From Camelus dromedarius (taxonomy: Eukaryota), in contig NC_087462.1 of NCBI RefSeq assembly GCF_036321535.1, positions 9,610,001 to 9,674,000 on the forward strand: a stretch of 64,000 nucleotides of DNA. The letters are read 5' to 3'. The notes beneath the pieces were generated by a model. That model saw only the letters and a program-made list of their open reading frames with translations, searched no databases and had not been told where the DNA came from. Shown here in pieces: positions 22,709 through 33,600 of the stretch. A program made the translations under genes and the position numbers. The number at the start of each line of letters is the position of its first letter. Position 1 is the first letter of the stretch.

Positions 22709-23787
22709 ATGCACAACACGGGCTCAAGCGCCTTTTCGGGAGCGGACCCAGAATCGGAGCCCCGGACGCTGGGACAGGTGACGCCGGGCTGGAGTGGTTC
22801 GTGCGGCCCGCTGCCAGGCCGGAGATCCTGGGGGTCTTCTCGGGGGCAGTGTCCTTCAGAGCCACACACCCCTGCGGGACAGGTTGTGGCAGCGCGGGGG
22901 TTAACATGAGCCAATCCTGGACTGCGCGGTGACGTAACGGGTTATTTGCATAGCGCTCTTCCGGGTTACGCACTCGGCGGCGGGGTCTGGGGTTCTTTGA
23001 AGGCCAATGGCGTACGTCTAGGCAAATAAGGGCGGAGCTGGAAAACCCTCCCGCGGGTGGAGAGCTGGCCGCTCCGCGATCCGCCTCCCTGCGTCTTCGC
23101 ACTATACCCGCCTCCATGCGCGTCCTCCTCCCGTGTCCATAGGCCGCCCGTCGACCTCCCCCGCCACGCGCGGGCCACGACTCCCCCCGCAGGACCCGCC
23201 CACCGGCCCGGGGACGCCCGAGCGGCGCCGCCCCGAAGCCAATGCCCACCCGGGAGCCGCGCCAGACGCGCGGCTCCCGGGGGGACCTACAGGCCCGCCC
23301 ACCTGGCCCTGGTCCCCCGGTGAGTCTGAGTGCTGTCAGGCCAAGCCTGGGCAAAGGATTCATTCCCCCCGTTTAAGGGGTCCCGCCTTTCCGATACCCT
23401 TGTTAACTCCAAAGCATGATTCCTGCGGCTTCTGCAGCGACTGGTGCCTCGAGGCCTCACGTCCAGCGCGCCCCGCCCACTGTGCCAGGCCCAGTCCGGA
23501 GCGCACAGGGCAAGGCCCAAGAAGATTGTATTTGAGGACGAGCTTCCCTCCCTGCCTCTGCTGGGCACCAAGAAGTCTATTGGAGCCGACCCTGGGGGGC
23601 ATATCCCTAGGCCCCATCCCCATACCGTGCCTGACTATGAACTGTGAGTGTCTTTCGTGTGGTTCTTGATGCCTGGGAACAGGGGAGGGGCACTGAGGCT
23701 GGGACTTTGACAAGTGACAAGTGAGTAAGAGTTTACCAAATAGTAAAAAGAGAAAAGGGGCATTTTGGGCAAGGAGCCCAACATGGA

Positions 23788-23821
<34 letters not shown>

Positions 23822-24678
23822 AAATTACACTGATTGGGGGAGAGAGAGGGATCCTTCACACTCATACTCCGACCCTCTTTCAACCCGGTAGTAAGTACCC
23901 AACAGTGAACAGTGAGAAGGATCGGAGCCGCTATGCTGCAGTGTTCCAGGACCAGTACACGGAGTTCTTGGAGCTCCAGCAGGAGGTGGGCTCTGCACAG
24001 GCAAAGCTCCAGCAGCTGGAGGCCTTGCTGAACTCACTACCCCCACCCCGAAGCCAGGTCAGCACCCAGGTGGAAACCCCCACCCTACAGCCTGTCCAGG
24101 TGGCCCAACCCCAGCCCTCCCACTGGGTCCAGATCCTGTGCCTCTTCCTCCTCCAGGCTGGGCGGGCACCACAGCACATAGGCCAAGGTCAGCCCTTGAA
24201 ATCCACTTTGTCTATCTCAGCTTCGGTTTTCCCATCCCTCCTTGGGTTCTGTGCTCCCTGAACACCCACTTCCTTTCCCCCTACAGAAGGAGGCCCATGT
24301 TGCCGCCCGTGTCTGGAGGGAATTTGAGAAGAAGCAGATGGTAAGTCATGCCTCCTGAGTCCTACAGCCTGGCCTTTGCACCACATTACGAGCGCACATG
24401 TGCGCGCACACACACACTCCCATGAGGCTGGGACGCTTGTGCCCAGATTCAAGGAAGGAAAACTGAGGCTTGGAGAGAAAAAAGCAAAGTGTCAAGCAGC
24501 CTGAGAGCCGTAAATCAGACTGCTACAGGACTTCCCTGACTCTCGCCCTGCTCAGGACCCCAGCTTCCTGGATAAGCAGGCTCGCTGCCACTACCTGAAG
24601 GGCAAACTAAGGCACCTCAAGACACAGATCCAGAAGTTCGATGACCAAGGAGACAGCGAGAGCTCTGTGTACTTCTGA
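22709..24678 (+). CDS. OCEL1: Occludin/ELL domain-containing protein 1, 264 aa
   Basis: Exons 22709-22777,23143-23319,23438-23643,23892-24057,24287-24340,24556-24678 = 795 nt. Occludin-ELL domain PDYELKYPTVNSEKDRSRYAAVFQDQYTEF...RCHYLKGKLRHLKTQIQKFDD; ends SVYF. Confidence 0.96.
23789..23819 (+). repeat. Poly(A) run (31 nt) in OCEL1 intron 3
   Basis: Read directly. Confidence 0.9.
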
Positions 24679-24936
24679 GTATCCTGACACAGGCAGGGGG
24701 AAACATCGAGGTGGGAGGTCCCACCCTGCCCACACTCCTCTTCTTACCTCGTGGTGTTAGCTCTTCCCGCTCCCCTACCTGGGGTAGCCTTCCCTGATTT
24801 CAAATGCCTCCGCCTTTGAGGCCCAGATCTGATGGCCCTCCTCAAGGAAGGCTTTCCAGAACCTCTTCTGGGACCCCATGGGGACCCAAGATCTCAGCCC
24901 ACCCACTGGAAGCAGGTCCTGCTTCCATCTCAGCAG

Positions 24937-24942
24937 AATAAA
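24937..24942 (+). terminator. OCEL1 poly(A) signal AATAAA
   Basis: AATAAA about 260 nt after the stop. Confidence 0.65.
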
Positions 24943-26609
24943 CACTTATTAAATACCTACTGTGTACAGCTGCTTAAAACTCCTGGTTTCACCTGTAATC
25001 ACGAAAAAGTTGTTCTTCCATCTTCCAGAGTTAAAAAAAATGAAGGTTCCAAGAGAGGGATTTGTCCAGGGCCTCTGAGCAGGCTGTGAACCCTAGTCTG
25101 TCCAGGGGGCTTCCTCTCCTCCAAGAGCCTTATGTGGCCTTCCAGTGGGAAGCTCAGGGGCAGACACCCAGCATCACCTTCTTGGCCAGGCTTGAGACAG
25201 GGGAGCCCCAGGGGTCAAGGGTTTCCACAGCTTGGGTAATGGAGGCAAGACCAGCCCAGGACCCTAGGGGCAGTGTCCTGGAGAATTCATGTGGTGCAAT
25301 GCTGCCAACCGCCTGAAGGGGGCGGACGCAGCCCAGGAGTCCTGCAGGAGGCACAACATTGACCCAGATAAATAATGGGTCCCTTCATTCTCCACTTCTC
25401 CCCAAGCACTGCAGGCTGAACAGTGATTGACACCGGGCTCTGTGTGAGTACATTTCATGCACCTAGTCCTGGGGGAGGGTCCTCTGATGTCCCTCACCGT
25501 CAGGCCCTGGGTAGAGTGAGTGGGGCACAGGTAAGACCAGGCTTCCGCTGGGGCCCTGTGATTGTGGCCCAGCAGCTACTTTCTTTGCCTCTTGGCCTCC
25601 CAGGGAAACCACAGGGGACAGGAACAGTCAGGCAGAGTGCAGGCAGGGAAGGCTGGGCCAGCCCAGTGGTCACAGAGGCCTCAGTCCTAGGATCAGTTCT
25701 CAAGGAACCCCCGTCCTCAGGGAAAAGAGCCCCGTGGGGTAGAGCAATAACGGAAAGCTGGACAGCAGTCTTAACAACTAGGGAGGCTCAATGTGTCTTC
25801 CTGCAGGAGAGGCCATGAGTAGGGTTTTGTGGGAGAAGTGGGAGTCAACAGTTAGGCCTGGACAGGCATCCAAGTCACTGGCCGTTTGGAAGCAGGGCAG
25901 GCACCATGGTCTTGCTCGGTCTTCAGATGTCCTATGAATCTGAGAAATGGGGCATTGCTGTCCAGCCTAACTAGGGTGGACGTACATTCACATGCCCAGG
26001 ACATCTCATCTCAGAAAACGCCAACCTAGGGCAGAAACCAGCCCAGCCGCCAGTGGGAAAGCCCGGTAGCCTCTCCATCCCATTCCCATCCCAATTCCCT
26101 CTCGGGGACAGGGCATACATAAGAGATCCTCATTCATTCCTCCCCATCTTTCCAGACCTCTGAGACAGACATGGGGGAGACTGGGGTGCTAATGGGGAGC
26201 ATTTTGGAGGATTGGGACTGCCTTAGGGCTGAACACTGGCCCAATCTGCAGCATGAGACCTGAGTTCTTCCCTCATTGTTTTCAAAGGGCATCTTTGATA
26301 AAGGGCTTGTTTCTGCCTGATAAGATCTTAGTCAGGGCTTAGGTGCCACCCACCACAATCATCTGGGCCCTTTCTACCCACCCTCTAGAGCCACAGTCCT
26401 GGCACTAAATTCCATAGGTGCCTTTTCCACCACTGAGCTGGGCCACAAACTTCTGAGGCCAGGATGGCAAACTCCCTGGTACCCTGCATCACCCTACCCT
26501 ACATCAACTCAATTAAGTCCACATTTCAAAGTCTGCCCTGAGAGGTCCCCACCTTCCAAATGCCAATCTCCAAAACAGGAGTTTTTTTGTTTGTTTGTTT
26601 TTTGTTTTG

Positions 26610-26920
26610 TTTTTAAGTTACATGTGAGAAGAAACCAAACTCAAACTGGTTCAGGCACAGAAGGGGAATTCTGGGCTCATGGAACTGAAACACTCAAGGG
26701 TTTCAGGTATTGCTTGATCCAGGGGCTCCAAAAGCATCCTAGGAAATTTGATCTTCTTTTGGCTCTGCTTTGCTTTATACCCTTCTAGTGCCAAATCCTG
26801 TCATTGACTCTCATTGATCAGCTCTGGGCCATGTGCCCTCCCTAAAGCAATCTCTGTGGCCAGGGGAATGGAGGGCTCTGCCTAGGCTGAGATCATGTGA
26901 ACTAGCCCCAGATCTTTCTC
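26610..26920 (+). mobile_element. Ancient ERVL-MaLR LTR remnant (MLT1I-L-like)
   Basis: aaaccaaactcaaactggttcagg..gctcatggaactgaaa..tgcttgatccaggggctc; related to 50925-51260 and 57255-57660. Confidence 0.55.
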
Positions 26921-27231
26921 CCGAGGACACTGGGGCTCAGACATCATGATTAAGAGCTAATTAAAGAAAACAATAAAGTGTTTGGTCCAGGGCTTGTCCA
27001 TCTGCTGGGCTCACCTCCTGCAGACTCACCAGCTATCCTCTGTACCCCCTCAGCCTCCTCCCATCTCCTCCTGCTCCCAGCCTCAGTTTCCCCACAGAAC
27101 TGTCCAACAGAAATAGCAAGTAGGGCTATTTTTAGGTTATGGGTGTTTCAGATGGCTGGGAGTGGGTAGGGGACCCTCCATCCCACCCTCCCCTCACAAA
27201 GATGATGGCAGCTGTGCAGGTAGGAAACTTC

Positions 27232-27237
27232 TTTATT
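27232..27237 (-). terminator. NR2F6 poly(A) signal
   Basis: TTTATT on plus, i.e. AATAAA on minus, about 435 nt past the stop. Confidence 0.7.
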
Positions 27238-27671
27238 ATTGGCCTTGATTCATTCATCATGTAGTGTCCAACGTGGATTACGTGTCCAGAGGATATGCCT
27301 GGCACTCGCTACCCCTGCCCGGCTGCGGCTGCCCCTCCAGTCCAGACGCCAGGACTTTGTCCATCACACCAGAGAAGCCAACCCCACCATGAGTTCATGC
27401 CTGGGGCACTGAGGGACAAGGCTGTCCTGGGATTGGACCCTCAGTCCTGCCCCTCATCTTGACCAAGGGTTCTGGGGAAGACTTGGCTGGAGCCTAGACA
27501 ATCAGTCTCTTTTTGGTTTTATGATCATTTAGAAAACAGAAAAGACAAACATTTCACAGTCTTTAAAAAATAGGAGTCTGAGGAGGGAAGCCAGGGTCCT
27601 TTGCCCAGGGCCCCCTACTGGAGGCCTGAGCATCTGTGTCCCTTGAGGTCTGCAGACCCGGCCCTGTCCAG

Positions 27672-30600
27672 TCACTGGCCTGAGCCGTAGGGCCAGTTGA
27701 AGGTACTTCCTGACAGCAGCATGTCTCGGATCAATGTCTCGATGGGCGTCTTGCCCACCAGGCGCATGAAGAACAGCTGGGAGATGAGGGAGGCGGGGAC
27801 GGCACGCAGGGCAGGGAGCCGCAGCAGCAGGCGCCCAAAGCGCTGGGGCTGGGATGGGTACTGGGCCCGCACGTACTCAGTGAGGGCCACCTGTGCCTTC
27901 TCCTGCAGGCTCTCCACATGTGCTGGGTCTGAGAGGCCACAGGCATCTGGGGGGACAAGGGAAAGGTCAGAAGAGGAGGTGGTGAGAGGACACAAGAGCC
28001 CAGGGCTGACTGGGGGGCACCACTCAGGGCTGTTGGTACAGAAGGAGGGCACTCAGGAGGTGGGAGGTGGGGGCCCAGGACACAAATGGGGCTATGTAAG
28101 GCAGTGCTAATCCTGGAGAGAGATTAAGGCAGCCTCATCCGAAGATGATGACACAGGGGCACAGACAATGATGTTTCAAGGCTTGAAGGGCCCCAACTAA
28201 GGGAGTTAGCAGGGAGGCAAGTTCTAATCAAGCTCAAGGGGAAGAGGGGGCTGGGGGCTGGGGAGGGGACTTGGGGAGGAAAGCAAAGCCTAGAGTGGGT
28301 ATTCAGACACCCCAGAGAAGCCAGCAACTTGAGTGAATGTGAAAGCATCTGAATGGAGGCCCATGAATGTGGGGGTGCAGCGAAAGTCTGCGGAAATAAG
28401 GAGGGCAAAGCCATATTTATTGGATGAAAGCCACCTCCCAGAGTAGCCTGGGTCTGGTTCCTGCATATCTGGCCCCAGGAGACACCTAGTGGGACCTGGA
28501 GCCTTCCAGAGTCTAGAGCCAGCTACTCCACCAGTCTCTTGAATAAAGTAGGGCTTTGGATGTTGGATGGTTACTAACAGCAAGGAAGAAATTCGAGCGG
28601 CCCCGCCCCAAGTCCCGCCTCTCGGTGGGAGGAACCTCCGAGCCACACTCAAGCCCAATCCAGCTCATCTGGAGGGGCGGGGCATGCCATGGGGGCTGTC
28701 CAGGGGGCAGAGTGGGAGTCTGATCAGGTCTGGGTGCCCAGCAGAGTGGAGAGCCCAGGGAAGCCCAGAACCAGGTGGCAGAGCACCCTGCCTGGCAGCT
28801 CTCCATAAGTGGTCAGTAACAGAAAGAGCACCTTAATTTGGCAGAAGAGGGTCAGAGGGTCTAAGGAGGACAGATCAGAGAGTGAGGACCAGAACCAGGT
28901 GGGGGACCTCCCCTCCCGCATCCCCCCACCTGTCGTTCTGCTGTCAGTGCCCATGAGCATGAAGAGCATCTTGATGAGGGGTGAATGGTGGGGGTCTCAG
29001 GGAGCCTGGGAATCAGGAAGAGTGGCCGTGGGGACCTGAGTCACAGGTCCAGACCTGGATCAAAAAGTTCTTGAGGAGACCTAGGATCAGGGGGTGGGGC
29101 CATCAAGGTGTCACACTGCCTGCATCACCTCCTCCACTGTCCCCCATCAGCACTCAAGGCACGTGCAGTCTGGCTAACTGTGGGTCAAGGAGTGGAGAGC
29201 TAAGGGGGCCAGGTCAAGATGTAGGTCACTCCCTCCTCCCCAAGGCCGCAGAACCGTCCCACTCCCCCATGCAGCACATCTCACCGGGCGTGAAGAGCGC
29301 GATGGCCTTGAGGCAACCGTATTCGGCCGAGTCGACCTGCAGGCGGCCCAGCTTGTCCACCTGCTCCTGGAAGGCACGCACCTGGTCCATGAAGGCCACG
29401 GCGCGCTCGGCGGCCATGGGCGCGGCGTGCAGGCCGGNNNNNNNNNNNNNNNNNNNNNNNNNNNNNNNNNNNNNNNNNNNNNNNNNNNNNNNNNNNNNNN
29501 NNNNNNNNNNNNNNNNNNNNNNNNNNNNNNNNNNNNNNNNNNNNNNNNNNNNNNNNNNNNNNNNNNNNNNNNNNNNNNNNNNNNNNNNNNNNNNNNNNNN
29601 NNNNNNNNNNNNNNNNNNNNNNNNNNNNNNNNNNNNNNNNNNNNNNNNNNNNNNNNNNNNNNNNNCGAATGCTCCCGCCGCGCCCGCGCCGAAGCGCCCG
29701 GCCGCCGCCGGGTAGGGCTCGGCGCGCAGTAGCTGCACGATCAGTTCCGACACAGGCTGTCCCGGGAAGAGGTCTCCGCCGGCCGCCACCAGCGCCGAGC
29801 CCGGGGGGCTGCCAGAGGAGGCTGCCACGGTGCCAGGCAGCGAGTGCGGGATGCGGCCGCGCTGCACCGCTGCGAGGGGAAGATGCATATGGGGGTGGGG
29901 GGTAAGGGAGGTAGTCACCCCCAGCGGGAAATGGGGACGGGGAGGAGGAGGGGAGGGGATGGAGGAGGGGTGAGGGGATGAGGGGAGTCAGGAAATGGGA
30001 GAGAGGGAATGATGAAAATGGGACAAGGGGATTGAGGAACATGAGGCGACCAGAGAGGGGAGAATGGGGTGTGAGGAAGAGGGAGGAAGGAATGAGGGGG
30101 AAAGTGGGTACCCAGAGAGAGTCATGGGGGGTGCGTAGGGAGGAATAAAGGGAGGAGATAAAGTTATCAGAGGGTCATTCAGCCCCCTCTCCTCCAAGCC
30201 CCCCACCCCCACCTCATGGGTGCAAAGCTTGTTGGGAGGACAGAGGCCAAGGTCTTGCAGGCCCCACCCTGCTCTGCCCTGTGCCCTCAACCTGAGTGCA
30301 TGTCCTGCTACCACCTGACTCTTACTTCCTGCAGAGAAGGGGGTTTGGGGGGACCTTCCCAGGTGGGAATGGGACCACTAGGTGAGGGCTAATTTGATTC
30401 ACACCTGGACCCCTCCTACTGGACTGAGTGAGCTCCCCTGGCAGCTAGGGAGGCAGTCATGCCCTCATCTGTCAATCACAGGGGTTCAAGAACTGAGCAT
30501 GAGACCAGGGAGGGAGCACCTTCCTGGGACTCCAGGCCCACGGCCAGCCTACCTCTAAAACATGTGATCACTGCGGGCTGCGCACTGAGCTTTCTATGGA

Positions 30601-33600
30601 GGTGCGATACTTCTCTACCTCCCAGCCCCAGCCTGCAGGTCCCAGTTCCCAAAAGCAGGTCTCATCTTGGTCTCTGCAGTGACCCCAGCGCTTGGAGTAG
30701 AGTTCTGGCCAGTAGTAGGTGCTCAATAAACACATGATTCCATCAGCAGCCTTGCGTATGAGTGGAAGTAGGGCCAATTACTCGCCCTGGCTAGTGTCCC
30801 CTGTGATGAGGCAGGTGGGAAGAGGGAAGCTGAGGCACCAAGAGGAAGAGGGCTGGCCTTATGCCAGCCTGGCCTGTGCCACAGTAGGCGGGGTAGAGGG
30901 GCTGACTGGGCTGGGTGCCAGACAGAGACTAATTAATGAGCTTTAATGAGGCAGTGTGCCCTGTCTCATCACCTCCATGAACTCCCGGTCAAACCACCAT
31001 GAAGCAGATGAGGAGGGGGGTGCAAGTGGGAGCCAGGGGCCAGTGGAGCTAATCGGGGAACCAGGGGCTTGGGTTCAAGCCTTGCTCCACGTGACTTCCA
31101 AGTCTCAGGATCAGCTATCAAATGGGTGTAGCTGGATGAGGCCCAAGAATGAATCCCACCAGTCAACCCCTGACCCATTTAGTTCTAAACCCTACCCTCA
31201 CCATTCCTCCATCACCAAGTCAGGTTTCCACCTCAGGGCCTTCGCACTTGCTGTTCTTGCTTTCTGAGAGCCCCATCCCCAGCTCTTCTGCCTCATTCAG
31301 CCCAGACTGCCTGGGTTCAAATTCCCAACCACCATTCTACTGCCCTCTGACACTGGCAAATGGTCTCACCTCTCTGGTCTCTACTCAGTTTCCCCAACTA
31401 TAAAATGCAGTTGATAATAATGATGATGAAACCAACCACTGAGTTAAATGAGCATGTATCTAACTGGGTTAGAAATGCACTTGGCACATAAGAGCTAAAT
31501 GGACAGTAATTCAAGCTAAGAAACATTTATTAAGGCCCTTCTGTGTTCCGGGACCTGATCTGAGCACTGGAGATATGTCAGACAGAAGTCTCTGACCTTG
31601 AGGAGCAGATATCCTGATGGAGGAGTAGGTAAGTTATACAGCAAGACAGATGGCAAGAAATAAAGGGGCGAAAGTGAAGAGTAATCAGGAGGGCTTCTCT
31701 GAGGAGGTGTTGTTTGAGCAAATCTTAAAGGAGGTGAGGGAGGAAGCCATGCAGGTTATCTGGGGGAAGAGCATTCCAGGCAGAGGGAACAGCCTGTGCA
31801 AAGACCCTGAGATAGGGCTGTGCTTGGGGCATGAGCTGAGATTATTATTTCCACCCAGATATTATGGAGAGCTGTGACCCTGATTTGACATACATCAGGA
31901 TTTTCAAATCAACAAGTGGAGGCAAAATGCAGGTTGCGGGGTGGGAAAGAATCACCCCCAAACTTAAAATTGCTAAAGGGAGTGATCAGACAATCTTAAG
32001 AGAAAGACTCTGAGCATCTATTCCCAGATTCTTCCAGTGACCCAGCAGAGAAGAAACCAACTTTAGAGCAGAAGAGATTCAGGGTAGATGCAGGGAAGAA
32101 CTGCCAGCCTGGCCCATGAGAGTCCAGGCATGAAGTCTAGCACGGGCTCATTCAGTGGGCCACATTCTGCTCTCAACGGCTCTGTGTGGAAGTCTCTGGG
32201 TCCTACTTGAATTCTAGAGTGTTTGGTGTAGTTCTAGACTCAGCTGCCCCACATGTGTCCACCCAAGTCCCTGGGGCAGGGACAAGAAGCTGGGCCTCCC
32301 TCTGGCTCCCCGTGACCCAGGTCAGGCAGAAGGGTAAGCTGCCCTTTGCCTTAATCGGGTGAGTTCCTGCCTTGGGCAAACATAAGGCAGGGGGTGGAGG
32401 GGGGAGGGTGGAGGAAAAGCAAATCAAATAAAAACCTACATCCTTGTTCAGAAAAAGTGGTGTCCAGGCTAGAGGGCAGGGGTTCACCGGGGTGTCAGGG
32501 CCACCCCAGTCCAAGTGGCTTGGGGAGGAACTGGGGCGGGGCAGGGAGGAGAACAGTTCTAATGTGGGGTGGAGTCAGGGAGTCTCTTACATTCCCAGCT
32601 CTGCCACAGCCACCAGGCAGCCGTGGATAATTGGATTCCTCCAGCCCAGGGTCAGACCCAGGCCCAGGCCCACGGGATGTCAAGATCGGTGGTAATGAGG
32701 TTAGCAGGCGCCAGAGCCCGCCCTCCACAGCTCCCAGACCCCGAGAGGGAGTGGAGGGCAGGTCGTTTGTTCACTGCCTGCCCACNNNNNNNNNNNNNNN
32801 NNNNNNNNNNNNNNNNNNNNNNNNNNNNNNNNNNNNNNNNNNNNNNNNNNNNNNNNNNNNNNNNNNNNNNNNNNNNNNNNNNNNNNNNNNNNNNNNNNNN
32901 NNNNNNNNNNNNNNNNNGGCCACCATAAGGTGACACCCACATCCTGCTCCTGGAGCCACCTTGTAAGCTCTCTTTAAAGGCTGCACCTGAGGACCACCAA
33001 TGCCCCACCCAACCCACACTCAGCAGGTGGCTCCAAAGTGGCAAGTGTGCAAAGAGGAAAAGACAACTTGGGTGAACGGTGACAGATGAAGAGCAGTCTG
33101 TGGCAAAGTAGATTAGCAACAAAACCAGGGAGGGTAGGCTGGAACTGGGTTTTGAAGGATGAATAGAAGTTCCCCAGGTGAATGGAGAGGCAGTTCCAGG
33201 CAGAGAGTGTAATGACAACAAAAGGTTGGAAATGCCAAAATATGGAGGCCTAGATGGGCTCATTTGACTTGGTCATTGTCAGGCCAAGGGACAGGGTCTT
33301 TGTCCCAAGGGCAATGTGAGAGTAGAGAAAGAATGTGGTCAGGGAGCAGGGCTTTGTGAGCTAAGGGGCCAGGCCAGGGCCAGTCCTCTGTGGGGACCCA
33401 GCATTATCACCCTGCACATGGCCACTGCCAATGAATGAATAAATGAATGAATGAATGAAATCCTGTATCCCCCTTTAAGATCCCAAACCCCTCCTCTGGA
33501 AAGAACTTCCAACTCCTAATTGAGCCCAGGAAGCTTCCTCTGGGCAGCCCTTGGGGATTGTTGTTGCTTCTTCCAGGGTTGGGACAGGTGGCCCCACCCT

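Noticed and set aside
23420-23440. OCEL1 exon 3 acceptor apparently 6 nt downstream of the human one (LQ missing)
   Set aside because: Depends on my recollection of the human boundary; frame-neutral and minor.
22632-23669. Long ORFs on both strands over the OCEL1 5' region
   Set aside because: GC-rich island artefacts; only the spliced OCEL1 frame has support.
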